A stretch of 15,366 nt of DNA from NCBI RefSeq assembly GCF_003334315.1, contig NZ_QOWR01000075.1. One strand, given 5' to 3'. Of this stretch, positions 5,357-15,366 are shown piece by piece. The stretch's first letter is position 1, and the number at the start of each line of letters is the position of its first letter. The stretch comes from Escherichia coli. Lineage in GTDB: Bacteria; Pseudomonadota; Gammaproteobacteria; Enterobacterales; Enterobacteriaceae. The notes beneath the pieces were generated by a model that was given only the letters and a program-made list of their open reading frames with translations, searched no databases and was not told the origin of the DNA. Position numbers and translations under genes: made by a program.

Positions 5357-6610
5357 TTACGCACGAATGGTGTAATCACCAATGCCGATCCACTTGTAAG
5401 TGGTCAGTGCTTCCAGCCCCATTGGGCCACGCGCGTGGAGTTTTTGTGTGCTTACCGCCACTTCCGCACCCAGACCAAACTGGCCGCCGTCGGTAAAACG
5501 CGTAGAGGCGTTAACGTAAACAGCGGACGAATCCACTTCGTTAACAAAACGCTGGGCGTTGCGCATATCGCGGGTCAGGATCGCATCGGAGTGTTGTGTG
5601 CCGTGTTCACGAATATGGGCGATGGCATCGTCAAGATCGCTGACGATTTTGACGTTCAAATCTAATGACAGAAACTCATCGTCATACTCTTCGGCTTTAA
5701 CAGCAACCACCTTCGCAGGGCCTGCCTGCAACTGCGCCAGTGCAGCTGCATCTGCGTGTAATGTCACGCCGCTTTCCGCCATTTGTTTGCTTAATGCGGG
5801 CAGGAAGCTATCGGCGATGTTTTTATTCACCAGCAACGTTTCAACCGTATTACATGTGCTCGGACGCTGAGTTTTCGCGTTGACGATCACTTTTAATGCT
5901 TCAGCGATCTCTACACTTTCATCAACGTAAATATGGCATACGCCTATACCACCTGTGATCACCGGGATTGTCGACTGTTCACGGCACAGTTTATGCAAAC
6001 CAGCGCCACCACGCGGGATCAGCATGTCGATGTATTTATCCATACGCAGCATTTCACTGACCAGCGCACGGTCAGGATTATCAATCGCCTGCACGGCACC
6101 CGCCGGTAAGCCACAGGATTTCAGGGCGTCCTGAATCACCGCCACCGTTGCCGCGTTAGTGCGACAGGTTTCTTTGCCACCACGCAGGATCACCGCATTA
6201 CCGGTTTTCAGGCACAGCGAAGCGACATCAACCGTCACGTTCGGGCGCGCTTCATAAATCACGCCAATAACCCCCAGCGGTACGCGACGACGCTCAAGAC
6301 GCAGGCCGCTGTCCAGTACGCCGCCATCGATTACCTGCCCCACCGGATCGGCGAGGTTACACACCTGGCGTACATCGTCGGCAATGCCTTTCAGCCGTGC
6401 GGGCGTCAGTGCCAGACGGTCAAGCATCGCTTCGCTAAGGCCATTGGCTCGCGCGTCAGCAACATCCTGGGCGTTAGCGTTGAGGATGATTTCGCTTTGT
6501 GCTTCCAGTTCATCGGCGATTTTTTCCAGCACGCGATTTTTTTCGCGGCTGGAGAGTTGCGCTAATTTATACGAGGCTTGCTTCGCGGCAATGCCCATTT
6601 GTTCCAGCAT
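5357..6610 (-). CDS. proA: Gamma-glutamyl phosphate reductase (glutamate-5-semialdehyde dehydrogenase), 417 aa
   Basis: Full-length [40 protein letters not shown]... recognised as E. coli ProA, immediately downstream of proB (11-nt gap). Confidence 0.97.
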
Positions 6611-6621
6611 CAGCCTGCTCC

Positions 6622-7725
6622 TTAACGGGTAATCATGTCATCACGGTGAACGGCAACCGGGCCGTATTCATATCCCAGTATTGCATCAATTTCTTGCGAG
6701 TGGTGTCCGGCAATACGGCGTAATGCATCGCTGTTGTAACGACTGACACCGTGGGCGATATCGCGACCTTCGAGGTTGCAAATGCGGATGACTTCACCAC
6801 GCGAGAAATTGCCAGTCACGCTTTTAATGCCTTTCGGCAACAGGGAGCTGCCGCGTTCAAGAATGGCGGCAGTTGCCCCTTCATCTACCGTGATTTCACC
6901 CGCCGGCGGCGCACCGAAAATCCAGCGTTTACGGTTTTCAAGCGGAGTCGCCTGGGCATGGAACAGCGTACCGACGGAAATGCCTTCCATCACATCACCA
7001 ATAACGCCCGGCTTGCTGCCCGCGGCAATAATGGTGTCGATACCCGCACGGCAAGCCACGTCAGCGGCCTGCAATTTGGTACTCATGCCGCCAGTTCCGA
7101 GGCCTGAAACGCTGTCACCGGCAATCGCGCGCAGTGCGTCATCAATGCCGTAAACATCTTTAATCAGTTCTGCCTGCGGATTGCTGCGCGGGTCAGCGGT
7201 ATACAAACCTTTTTGATCGGTCAGCAGCAACAGTTTATCGGCACCCGCAAGAATCGCCGCCAGCGCAGAAAGGTTATCGTTATCGCCGACCTTAATCTCT
7301 GCCGTAGCGACAGCATCGTTCTCATTGATTACCGGAACGATATTGTTATCGAGCAACGCTCGCAGGGTGTCGCGGGCGTTCAGGAAGCGTTCACGGTCTT
7401 CCATATCAGCACGGGTCAGCAGCATTTGCCCGACGTGAATGCCATAAATCGAAAACAGCTGTTCCCACAGTTGAATCAGTCGACTCTGCCCTACCGCCGC
7501 CAGCAATTGTTTCGAGGCGATAGTCGCTGGCAGTTCCGGGTAACCCAGGTGCTCACGTCCGGCGGCAATCGCGCCCGACGTCACAATAACAATCCGATGC
7601 CCGGCGGCATGTAACTGCGCGCACTGGCGAACAAGTTCAACGATATGGGCACGGTTCAGACGGCGCGATCCGCCTGTTAGCACACTGGTGCCGAGTTTTA
7701 CCACCAGCGTCTGGCTGTCACTCAT
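6622..7725 (-). CDS. proB: Glutamate 5-kinase, 367 aa
   Basis: The ORF track opens at 7812, but the ProB N-terminus [19 protein letters not shown] begins at the ATG whose complement is at 7723-7725. A C-terminal PUA-like region is present. Confidence 0.95.
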
Positions 7726-7913
7726 GATTCTCTGCCATTCAATTTTAGGAAAAATGATATCAAACGAACGTTTTAGCAGGACTGTCGTCGGTTGCCAACC
7801 ATCTGCGAGCAAAGCATGGCGTTTTGTTGCGCGGGATCAGCAAGCCTAGCGGCAGTTGTTTACGCTTTTATTACAGATTTAATAAATTACCACATTTTAA
7901 GAATATTATTAAT

Positions 7914-7931
7914 CTGTAATATATCTTTAAC
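7914..7931 (+). promoter_or_regulatory. Putative Pho box (PhoB site) of the phoE promoter: CTGTAAT-ATAT-CTTTAAC
   Basis: Two 7-bp direct repeats separated by 4 AT-rich bp, about 80 nt upstream of the phoE start, matching the Pho-box architecture known for Pho-regulon promoters. An inverted copy (attacagatt) occurs at about 7869-7878. Confidence 0.45.
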
Positions 7932-8012
7932 AATCTCAGGTTAAAAACTTTCCTGTTTTCAACGGGACTCTCCCGCTGAATATTCGCGCGTTAATTAAAA
8001 TCAGGAATGAAA

Positions 8013-9068
8013 ATGAAAAAGAGCACTCTGGCATTAGTGGTGATGGGCATTGTGGCATCTGCATCCGTACAGGCCGCAGAAATATATAACAAAGACAGTA
8101 ATAAACTGGATGTCTATGGCAAAGTTAAAGCCATGCATTATATGAGTGATAACGACAGTAAAGATGGCGACCAGAGTTATATCCGTTTTGGTTTTAAAGG
8201 CGAAACACAAATTAACGATCAACTGACTGGTTATGGTCGTTGGGAAGCAGAGTTTGCCGGTAATAAAGCAGAGAGTGATACTGCACAGCAAAAAACGCGT
8301 CTCGCTTTTGCCGGGTTGAAATATAAAGATTTGGGTTCTTTCGATTATGGTCGTAACCTGGGCGCGTTGTATGACGTGGAAGCCTGGACCGATATGTTCC
8401 CGGAATTTGGTGGCGACTCCTCGGCGCAGACCGACAACTTTATGACCAAACGCGCCAGCGGTCTGGCGACGTATCGGAACACCGACTTCTTCGGCGTTAT
8501 CGATGGCCTGAACTTAACCCTGCAATATCAAGGGAAAAACGAAAACCGCGACGTTAAAAAGCAAAACGGCGATGGCTTCGGTACGTCATTGACATATGAC
8601 TTTGGCGGCAGCGATTTCGCCATTAGTGGGGCCTATACCAACTCAGATCGCACCAACGAGCAGAACCTGCAAAGCCGTGGCACAGGCAAGCGTGCAGAAG
8701 CATGGGCAACAGGTCTGAAATACGATGCCAATAATATTTATCTGGCAACTTTCTATTCTGAAACACGCAAAATGACGCCAATAACTGGCGGCTTTGCCAA
8801 TAAGACACAGAACTTTGAAGCGGTCGCTCAATACCAGTTTGACTTTGGTCTGCGTCCATCGCTGGGTTATGTCTTATCGAAAGGGAAAGATATTGAAGGT
8901 ATCGGTGATGAAGATCTGGTCAATTATATCGACGTCGGTGCTACGTATTATTTCAACAAAAATATGTCAGCGTTTGTTGATTATAAAATCAACCAACTGG
9001 ATAGCGATAACAAATTGAATATTAATAATGATGATATTGTCGCGGTTGGCATGACCTATCAGTTTTAA
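8013..9068 (+). CDS. phoE: Phosphate-starvation-inducible outer membrane porin PhoE, 351 aa
   Basis: Signal peptide [21 protein letters not shown] followed by AEIYNKD...; C-terminal ...VAVGMTYQF with terminal Phe, typical of porins. I chose the ATG at 8013 rather than 8007, based on the SD AGGA at 8003-8006 and the recalled PhoE N-terminus. Confidence 0.95.
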   Translation: MKKSTLALVVMGIVASASVQAAEIYNKDSNKLDVYGKVKAMHYMSDNDSKDGDQSYIRFGFKGETQINDQLTGYGRWEAEFAGNKAESDTAQQKTRLAFAGLKYKDLGSFDYGRNLGALYDVEAWTDMFPEFGGDSSAQTDNFMTKRASGLATYRNTDFFGVIDGLNLTLQYQGKNENRDVKKQNGDGFGTSLTYDFGGSDFAISGAYTNSDRTNEQNLQSRGTGKRAEAWATGLKYDANNIYLATFYSETRKMTPITGGFANKTQNFEAVAQYQFDFGLRPSLGYVLSKGKDIEGIGDEDLVNYIDVGATYYFNKNMSAFVDYKINQLDSDNKLNINNDDIVAVGMTYQF

Positions 9069-9075
9069 TGGATAA

Positions 9076-9098
9076 TGCCGGATGTGATGCATCCGGCA
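9076..9098. terminator. GC-rich hairpin (tgccggatg-tgatg-catccggca) between convergent phoE and crl; probable bidirectional terminator
   Basis: Seen directly: 9-bp perfect stem, 5-nt loop, 8 nt after the phoE stop and 9 nt after the crl stop. Confidence 0.5.
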
Positions 9099-9106
9099 CA
9101 TTTCAC

Positions 9107-9565
<459 letters not shown>

Positions 9566-10810
9566 TTAACACAATCGTTTTTCGATCCAGTCGGTGATTT
9601 CCTGAAGACCTTTGTCAAAATTCCGATACACCGGGTTAAATGGGATCTCTAATAATTTACCGTCAGCAGATGATGAGGTGATTAAGCGTGAGTCCTCTTC
9701 CGGGCTGAACGGATCGTTCTTCCAGTAGCCTGATAACATTGGCGTTGGGCAGCGACGTCCCAGCAATCCTTGCACTTTTAATGAATAACGATTCAGCTCC
9801 ACGCGTAACGCTTCGTCGGAAGCATCATGCATCCCCAAACGACTGGCCAGAACGTCAAGATACATTTCCGGCACCTGTTGCTGGCACTTAAAATCACTCA
9901 ACAGGGTATGAACTACCGGACCAAGACAGGCAACCGCTTTCAGACGCGGCGATTCAAGGTATGCCAGACGCACGGCAACGTTAGCGCCGAAACGGAAACC
10001 AAAGGCCGCGACGCGAGTGTGATCCACCCACGGTACGTTAGGCAGCGCCTTTAAGACGTGCTGATGCAACAGGCTGGAGTCCTGGGTGAGCTTCCATTTT
10101 GAAGAAAAGCCCACCGACGGCATATCAATAGTCAGCATCGCAATGCCGCGCGGCGCAAAATAACGTTCGTACAGGCTGTAATAGTCCGTCTGCATCGCAT
10201 CCAGACCACCACACATTAATACTGTCGGGAACGGGCCATCGCCTTTCGGCATATGCAAAAAGCCGGTGATGGGCGCACCGCCGGGTACGGTAAACTCCAT
10301 CTGCCGCATCGTGCCCGGTAGACGCTGAGCGGCCTCTTCATAGGCGCGGTTTGACAAAGCCTGCGCTTGCTCGGCCAGGTCATCTCCTTTCAGATGAGGA
10401 TAGGCGGCAATGTTGTACAACGTAGCCGCATGCAGCCAGTGACGACCACTGAGTTGCGGATCTTCTTCCGCACAGGCTTTTTGTTGCCACACCATCGCCT
10501 GGGTGGCCCACTCATAAATCCAGTTGCCGCCACGGTAGCCAATCACCGTATCGTATAAATCATCGTCGGTACGTTCGGCATCGCTCATCACAATACGTGC
10601 CTGGACGTCGAGGATTTCGCGTGGGTCAATGCCGCGCCAGATCCACATCAGACGGTTAATCATGCGATACCAGTGAGGGATGGTTTTACCATCAAGGGCC
10701 GACTGCACAGGCGGTTGTGCGCCGTGATTAAAGCGGCGGACTAGCGTCGAGGTTTCAGGATGTTTAAAGCGGGGTTTGAACAGGGTTTCGCTCAGGTTTG
10801 CCTGTGTCAT
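9566..10810 (-). CDS. frsA: Fermentation/respiration switch protein FrsA (alpha/beta-hydrolase fold esterase), 414 aa
   Basis: [35 protein letters not shown]... recognised as FrsA; an alpha/beta-hydrolase nucleophile-elbow-like motif (FGFRFGAN) is present. Confidence 0.95.
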
Positions 10811-10859
10811 GGATGCAGCCTCCAGAATACTTACTGGAAACTATTGTAACCCGCCTGAA

Positions 10860-10894
10860 GTTAAAAAGAACAACGCCCGGCAGTGCCAGGCGTT
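10860..10894 (-). terminator. Putative rho-independent terminator of gpt
   Basis: Hairpin aacgcc-cggcagtgccag-gcgtt (10872-10894), followed on the minus strand by TTCTTTTTAA (complement of 10861-10870), directly downstream of the gpt stop. Confidence 0.5.
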
Positions 10895-10901
10895 GAAAAG
10901 A

Positions 10902-11360
10902 TTAGCGACCGGAGATTGGCGGGACGAATACGACGCCCATATCCCACGGCTGTTCAATCCAGGTATCTTGCGGGATATCAACAACATAGTCATCAACCAG
11001 CGGACGACCAGCCGGTTTTGCGAAGATGGTGACAAAGTGCGCTTTTGGATACATTTCACGAATCGCAACCGCAGTACCACCGGTATCCACCAGGTCATCA
11101 ATAACGATGAAGCCTTCGCCATCGCCTTCTGCGCGTTTCAGCACTTTAAGCTCGCGCTGGTTGTCGTGATCGTAGCTGGAAATACAAACGGTATCGACAT
11201 GACGAATACCCAGTTCACGCGCCAGTAACGCACCCGGTACCAGACCGCCACGGCTTACGGCAATAATGCCTTTCCATTGTTCAGAAGGCATCAGTCGGCT
11301 TGCGAGTTTACGTGCATGGATCTGCAACATGTCCCAGGTGACGATGTATTTTTCGCTCAT
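10902..11360 (-). CDS. gpt: Xanthine-guanine phosphoribosyltransferase, 152 aa
   Basis: [26 protein letters not shown]... with the PRPP-binding motif [13 protein letters not shown]; recognised as Gpt. Confidence 0.97.
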
Positions 11361-11620
11361 GTGAAGTGTCCCAGCCTGTTTATCTACGGCTTAAAAAGTG
11401 TTCGAGGGGAAAATAGGTTGCGCGAGATTATAGAGATCTGGCGCACTAAAAACCAGTATTTCACATGAGTCCGCGTCTTTTTACGCACTGCCTCTCCCTG
11501 ACGCGGGATAAAGTGGTATTCTCAAACATATCTCGCAAGCCTGTCTTGTGTTGACAACATTTTCTGCTAACCCTGTGACCTGCAATACTGTTTTGCGGGT
11601 GATCGACAAGGAGACTTAAC

Positions 11621-13078
11621 GTGTCTGAACTGTCTCAATTATCTCCACAGCCGCTGTGGGATATTTTTGCCAAAATCTGTTCTATTCCTCACCCGTCCTA
11701 TCATGAAGAGCAACTCGCTGAATACATTGTTGGTTGGGCAAAAGAGAAAGGTTTCCATGTCGAACGCGATCAGGTAGGTAATATCCTGATTCGTAAACCT
11801 GCCACCGCAGGTATGGAAAATCGTAAACCGGTCGTCTTGCAGGCCCACCTCGATATGGTGCCGCAGAAAAATAACGACACCGTGCATGACTTCACGAAAG
11901 ATCCTATCCAGCCTTATATTGATGGCGAATGGGTTAAAGCGCGCGGCACCACGCTGGGTGCAGATAACGGCATTGGTATGGCGTCTGCGCTGGCGGTTCT
12001 GGCTGACGAAAACGTGGTTCACGGCCCGCTGGAAGTGCTGCTGACCATGACCGAAGAAGCCGGTATGGACGGTGCGTTCGGCTTACAGAGCAACTGGTTG
12101 CAGGCTGATATTCTGATTAACACCGACTCCGAAGAAGAAGGTGAAATCTACATGGGTTGCGCGGGGGGTATCGACTTCACCTCCAACCTGCATTTGGATC
12201 GTGAAGCGGTTCCAGCTGGCTTTGAAACCTTCAAGTTAACCTTAAAAGGTCTAAAAGGCGGTCACTCCGGCGGTGAAATCCACGTTGGCCTGGGTAATGC
12301 CAACAAACTGCTGGTGCGCTTCCTGGCGGGTCATGCGGAAGAGCTGGACCTGCGCCTTATCGATTTCAACGGTGGCACACTGCGTAACGCCATCCCGCGT
12401 GAAGCCTTTGCGACCATTGCTGTCGCAGCTGATAAAGTCGACGCCCTGAAATCTCTGGTGAATACCTATCAGGACATCCTGAAAAACGAGCTGGCAGAGA
12501 AAGAGAAGAATCTGGCCTTGTTGCTGGACTCTGTAGCGAACGATAAAGCTGCTCTGATTGCGAAATCTCGCGATACCTTTATTCGTCTGCTGAACGCCAC
12601 CCCGAACGGTGTGATCCGCAATTCCGACGTGGCAAAAGGTGTGGTCGAAACCTCCCTGAACGTCGGTGTGGTGACCATGACTGACAATAACGTAGAAATT
12701 CACTGCCTGATCCGTTCACTGATCGACAGCGGTAAAGACTACGTGGTGAGCATGCTGGATTCGCTGGGTAAACTGGCTGGCGCGAAAACCGAAGCGAAAG
12801 GCGCATATCCTGGCTGGCAGCCGGACGCTAATTCTCCGGTGATGCATCTGGTACGTGAAACCTATCAGCGCCTGTTCAACAAGACGCCGAACATCCAGAT
12901 TATCCACGCGGGCCTGGAATGTGGTCTGTTTAAAAAACCGTATCCGGAAATGGACATGGTTTCTATCGGGCCAACTATCACCGGTCCACACTCTCCGGAT
13001 GAGCAAGTTCACATCAAAAGCGTAGGTCATTACTGGACACTGCTGACTGAACTGCTGAAAGAAATTCCGGCGAAGTAA
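11621..13078 (+). CDS. pepD: Cytosol non-specific dipeptidase (aminoacyl-histidine dipeptidase) PepD, 485 aa, GTG start
   Basis: ORF MSELSQLSPQPLWDIFAKICSIPHPSYHEE... recognised as PepD (M20 family). Start codon GTG at 11621, preceded by AAGGAGA. Divergent from gpt across a roughly 260-bp intergenic region. Confidence 0.95.
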   Translation: MSELSQLSPQPLWDIFAKICSIPHPSYHEEQLAEYIVGWAKEKGFHVERDQVGNILIRKPATAGMENRKPVVLQAHLDMVPQKNNDTVHDFTKDPIQPYIDGEWVKARGTTLGADNGIGMASALAVLADENVVHGPLEVLLTMTEEAGMDGAFGLQSNWLQADILINTDSEEEGEIYMGCAGGIDFTSNLHLDREAVPAGFETFKLTLKGLKGGHSGGEIHVGLGNANKLLVRFLAGHAEELDLRLIDFNGGTLRNAIPREAFATIAVAADKVDALKSLVNTYQDILKNELAEKEKNLALLLDSVANDKAALIAKSRDTFIRLLNATPNGVIRNSDVAKGVVETSLNVGVVTMTDNNVEIHCLIRSLIDSGKDYVVSMLDSLGKLAGAKTEAKGAYPGWQPDANSPVMHLVRETYQRLFNKTPNIQIIHAGLECGLFKKPYPEMDMVSIGPTITGPHSPDEQVHIKSVGHYWTLLTELLKEIPAK

Positions 13079-13090
13079 TTATTTGATTTG

Positions 13091-13122
13091 CTGCCGGATG
13101 GCGTTTAATCGCCTTCCGGCAG
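13091..13122. terminator. Hairpin between convergent pepD and prfH (ctgccggatggcg-tttaat-cgccttccggcag)
   Basis: Seen directly: 13-bp stem with one mismatch. Flanking T-tracts are weak, so the terminator call is tentative. Confidence 0.4.
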
Positions 13123-13134
13123 TTTCATCCTTCA

Positions 13135-13692
13135 TTATCCTTCGATAAAAGCCATCCCTGTAAATGTCCGTCGCGGGTTGCCACGTTCAATCTGGTGATG
13201 GAACATTCGCCGCTGCGATTTCAGCGCCGCGCTATTTTCCTGTTGCTGCTGCTCCAGCTTCCAGGCAATCAGCAATCGCGCCAGCCGTTTGTTAGCATGC
13301 TGGCTGCGCTCTGACTGAACCTTCACGCTAATACCGGATGCCAGATGCGTGGCGCGTACCGCCGAGTCGGTTTTATTGACATGTTGACCGCCCGGCCCCG
13401 ACGAACGCAGCGTCTCATAACGGATTGCATCCGATTGTTCCTTCTCATCAGCGGTAAAACGCCCAATGCCCAGAAACCAGTTTTTGCGCCCATGATGAGG
13501 CCGATACGGACTCGGACAAATCCACTGAATAGTGCCACACCAGCTTTCGCTTAATGCCCATGCGTTATCGCCATCCAGAGAAACCAGCGCCGAACGCAGC
13601 GTGTCAGAGTAGCGGCCCGTTTCTGTTTCCAGCACCGTTACAGCGACGTCTTGTCGGGTAAAAACGACCAACAGAGAAGAACGCTGCGCCAA
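13135..13692 (-). pseudogene. prfH: Peptide chain release factor homolog PrfH, 5'-truncated or fused remnant
   Basis: The ORF contains the release-factor GGQ motif ([20 protein letters not shown]). Its 5' end overlaps, in another frame, the end of an RtcB-like fragment, consistent with the deletion-fused rtcB'-prfH' remnant known from E. coli K-12. Whether the product is functional cannot be told from sequence alone. Confidence 0.7.
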
Positions 13693-13870
13693 TCGGGTAG
13701 CCGCGTCCGGGGTGTAAATCTGGCATCCCCACTACGCGCTGCATGTTGGGTAAATTTGCCGTGGTGTGTAATTGTTGGATCGCTAAACTCTCGATCCACA
13801 GGTCATCAGATGCGATGGTAAATACCGCATCGGATAAGGGACGAATATATTTGCCCATGTACCATTCCAT
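13604..13870 (-). pseudogene. ykfJ: RtcB-like RNA ligase N-terminal fragment (ykfJ-like remnant)
   Basis: The 88-codon [67 protein letters not shown]... resembles the RtcB N-terminal region (MPD.H.G.G..IG), then runs into out-of-frame prfH sequence at about 13655-13660. Far shorter than an intact RtcB. Confidence 0.6.
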
Positions 13871-14050
13871 TTATACTCGTCATACTTCAAGTTGCATGTA
13901 CTGCGACTCGAATTATTTAGAGTATATAAATATAAAAATCAGGAAATGGCAGACGAATCCAGGGCAAGAAAAAAAGAATTAATCCTGGAAAGGTCTGCAA
14001 AGAGTCATTGATAAAGGATTTGTCATGATTTACCTCCTTGCAGTTTGTGG

Positions 14051-14090
14051 AATAAGAAAACGCGCACATACCAGGCGGGCGTTATTTTCA
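14051..14090 (-). terminator. Weak candidate terminator downstream of yafP
   Basis: Short hairpin aacgc-N15-gcgtt (14059-14083), followed on the minus strand by TTTTCTTATT. Low confidence. Confidence 0.25.
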
Positions 14091-14103
14091 TTGCAAGCTG
14101 GAT

Positions 14104-14556
14104 TTAATATTGCGGTTTATATCGCATATAAAAATTAGTAAACCACGTTCCCCGGCATTCAACGCGCTGCTGCTTAACTGTCTGAAAACCATAACGTTCA
14201 AAAAAGGGTTTTGCGGTTATGCTGGCGTCCACCGTAAGTTCGGATTCAGACTTAATCAAAGGTTTTAACAAAGCGCAGGCAACCCCGCGGCGGGTGTATT
14301 CAGGGTCAACAAATAACATATCGATATAACGTTCAACGCAGGTAATAAAACCAACCGGTTGTGCATTAATGACGGCAACCCGCACTTGTGATTTCGCGAG
14401 TTTCTCCTTCCAGCGAGATTCGTCAATCTGCGCCCAGGCGGCAATTTGTTGTGGTGAATAATGCTGACTGGAGATCATCGTAACCGCTCTAATGAAAATA
14501 GCGCATAGTTGCTGAAAATCGCCAGGCTGATAGTCTCTTATTTGTATGTTATTCAT
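14104..14556 (-). CDS. yafP: GNAT-family N-acetyltransferase, 150 aa (YafP-like)
   Basis: ORF MNNIQIRDYQPGDFQQLCAIFIRAV... with an acetyl-CoA-binding-like segment (RRGVACALLKPL); 10 nt downstream of yafO, as in the dinB-yafN-yafO-yafP operon. Confidence 0.8.
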   Translation of the reverse strand: MNNIQIRDYQPGDFQQLCAIFIRAVTMISSQHYSPQQIAAWAQIDESRWKEKLAKSQVRVAVINAQPVGFITCVERYIDMLFVDPEYTRRGVACALLKPLIKSESELTVDASITAKPFFERYGFQTVKQQRVECRGTWFTNFYMRYKPQY

Positions 14557-14565
14557 AATATAAAT

Positions 14566-14913
14566 TCAAAAACGCATGCGAAACGCTTCTGCCATTTTCC
14601 CAATTTTATGCATTTGGTTGTTATCTCGAGCCTGTTTATGAGGTTCAGGTTTCAGAATGGCAATGAGCAACCATGCTTGCTCATCAAACGCACCCTGACA
14701 ATATACCAAATGCGCTTCGTCATTCGTTCTGCTGAATTGGCGCAACTGTGGCGGAAATGGATTATTCACATTTGCCAGATGAATATGAGCAACTCGCTCA
14801 AATTTGATTAATGGCCAGGTAAACGAGTCGTCGTAGAGTGCATCGCGACCAAATATATCTGGCAAAACACCGTCACGCTTATAGGAAATAAAATCCGCCG
14901 TTAACGCATCAAG
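14566..14913 (-). pseudogene. yafO: YafO-family toxin gene (type II toxin of YafN-YafO) interrupted by IS1; about 16 N-terminal codons lie beyond the insertion
   Basis: The reading frame continues upstream of the track ORF (...LDALTADFISYKRDGVLPDIFGRDALYDD...) right up to coordinate 14913, where the IS1 terminal repeat begins at 14914. There is no in-frame ATG in the retained part; the track ORF starts at TTG. Confidence 0.8.
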
Positions 14914-15366
14914 GGTAATGACTCCAACTTATTGATAGTGTTTTATGTTCAGATAATGCCCGATGACTTTGTCATGCAGCTCCACCGATTTTGAGAACGA
15001 CAGCGACTTCCGTCCCAGCCGTGCCAGGTGCTGCCTCAGATTCAGGTTATGCCGCTCAATTCGCTGCGTATATCGCTTGCTGATTACGTGCAGCTTTCCC
15101 TTCAGGCGGGATTCATACAGCGGCCAGCCATCCGTCATCCATATCACCACGTCAAAGGGTGACAGCAGGCTCATAAGACGCCCCAGCGTCGCCATAGTGC
15201 GTTCACCGAATACGTGCGCAACAACCGTCTTCCGGAGACTGTCATACGCGTAAAACAGCCAGCGCTGGCGCGATTTAGCCCCGACATAGCCCCACTGTTC
15301 GTCCATTTCCGCGCAGACGATGACGTCACTGCCCGGCTGTATGCGCGAGGTTACCGACTGCGGCCT
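14914..15366 (-). mobile_element. IS1 insertion sequence, partial (runs off the window end); terminal inverted repeat GGTAATGACTCCAACTTATTGAT at 14914-14936
   Basis: Sequence from 14914 recognised as the IS1 end adjoining the insB C-terminus; the encoded protein ends ...[13 protein letters not shown]. Confidence 0.95.
14929..15366 (-). CDS. insB: IS1 transposase InsB reading frame (C-terminal part; 5' end outside the window)
   Basis: Open frame to the window edge: ...[64 protein letters not shown]...HYQ, recognised as IS1 InsB. In IS1 the transposase is made as an InsAB' frameshift fusion. Confidence 0.9.
   Translation of the reverse strand, partial: RPQSVTSRIQPGSDVIVCAEMDEQWGYVGAKSRQRWLFYAYDSLRKTVVAHVFGERTMATLGRLMSLLSPFDVVIWMTDGWPLYESRLKGKLHVISKRYTQRIERHNLNLRQHLARLGRKSLSFSKSVELHDKVIGHYLNIKHYQ

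Noticed and set aside
5276-7614. Seven alternative-frame or antisense ORFs within proA and proB (5276-5665, 5559-5870, 6384-6632, 6499-6723, 6751-7107, 6776-7153, 7213-7614)
   Set aside because: Typical spurious open frames inside GC-rich, high-confidence genes.
7726-7812. Upstream extension of the proB ORF (track start at 7812)
   Set aside because: The ProB N-terminus MSDSQTLVV begins at 7725; the extension is read-through of the leader.
8007-8012. First ATG (8007) as the phoE start
   Set aside because: The SD (AGGA, 8003-8006) is spaced correctly for the ATG at 8013 and the PhoE signal peptide starts MKKSTL; the 8007 ATG overlaps the SD.
8034-9018. Antisense or alternative-frame ORFs inside phoE (8034-8291, 8623-8859, 8643-8831, 8794-9018)
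   Set aside because: Shadows of the porin gene.
11639-13030. Antisense ORFs within pepD (11639-12022, 12251-12703, 12469-12687, 12579-12806, 12716-13030)
   Set aside because: Shadows of pepD.
13323-13982. ORFs 13323-13538, 13345-13554 and 13743-13982 over the prfH/ykfJ remnant
   Set aside because: Alternative frames of a decayed region; no support.
14509-15253. ORFs 14509-14811 (plus, over yafP/yafO) and 14963-15253 (plus, inside IS1)
   Set aside because: Antisense to recognised coding sequence (yafO/yafP and insB).

Overview
This window is an Escherichia coli-type chromosomal segment, read in reverse relative to the usual K-12 map order, with a foreign AT-rich segment at one end and a partial IS1 at the other. 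All gene identities come from my reading of the translated ORFs and sequence; no database search was run.

Core backbone (5167-14913): thrW (tRNA-Thr, minus), proA and proB (minus), phoE (plus), crl, frsA and gpt (minus), pepD (plus, GTG start), a 5'-truncated prfH fused to an rtcB-like fragment (ykfJ-like), yafP (GNAT acetyltransferase), and a yafO toxin gene interrupted by IS1 at 14913/14914.

The main point of interest is 1-5166, directly abutting the 3' end of thrW, which I read as a candidate integrated plasmid-like or satellite-like element. It carries:
- a compact three-gene minus-strand operon (62-aa unknown, 56-aa RHH-like, 125-aa HTH_36-like protein), each with an AAGGAG ribosome-binding site;
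- about 2.4 kb of non-coding DNA packed with at least six repeat families, including tandem 21-bp iteron-like repeats, perfect palindromes and a short AT-rich tandem repeat, which looks like a replication origin or centromere-like region;
- a small resolvase/invertase-type serine recombinase (3302-3841) preceded by a duplicated res-like motif and a palindrome overlapping its putative -10;
- two convergent sub-60-aa ORFs separated by a 16-17 bp near-perfect inverted repeat.

No tyrosine integrase is visible next to the tRNA; the recombination module is either beyond the window start or lost. Whether this element is already described cannot be decided from the sequence alone.
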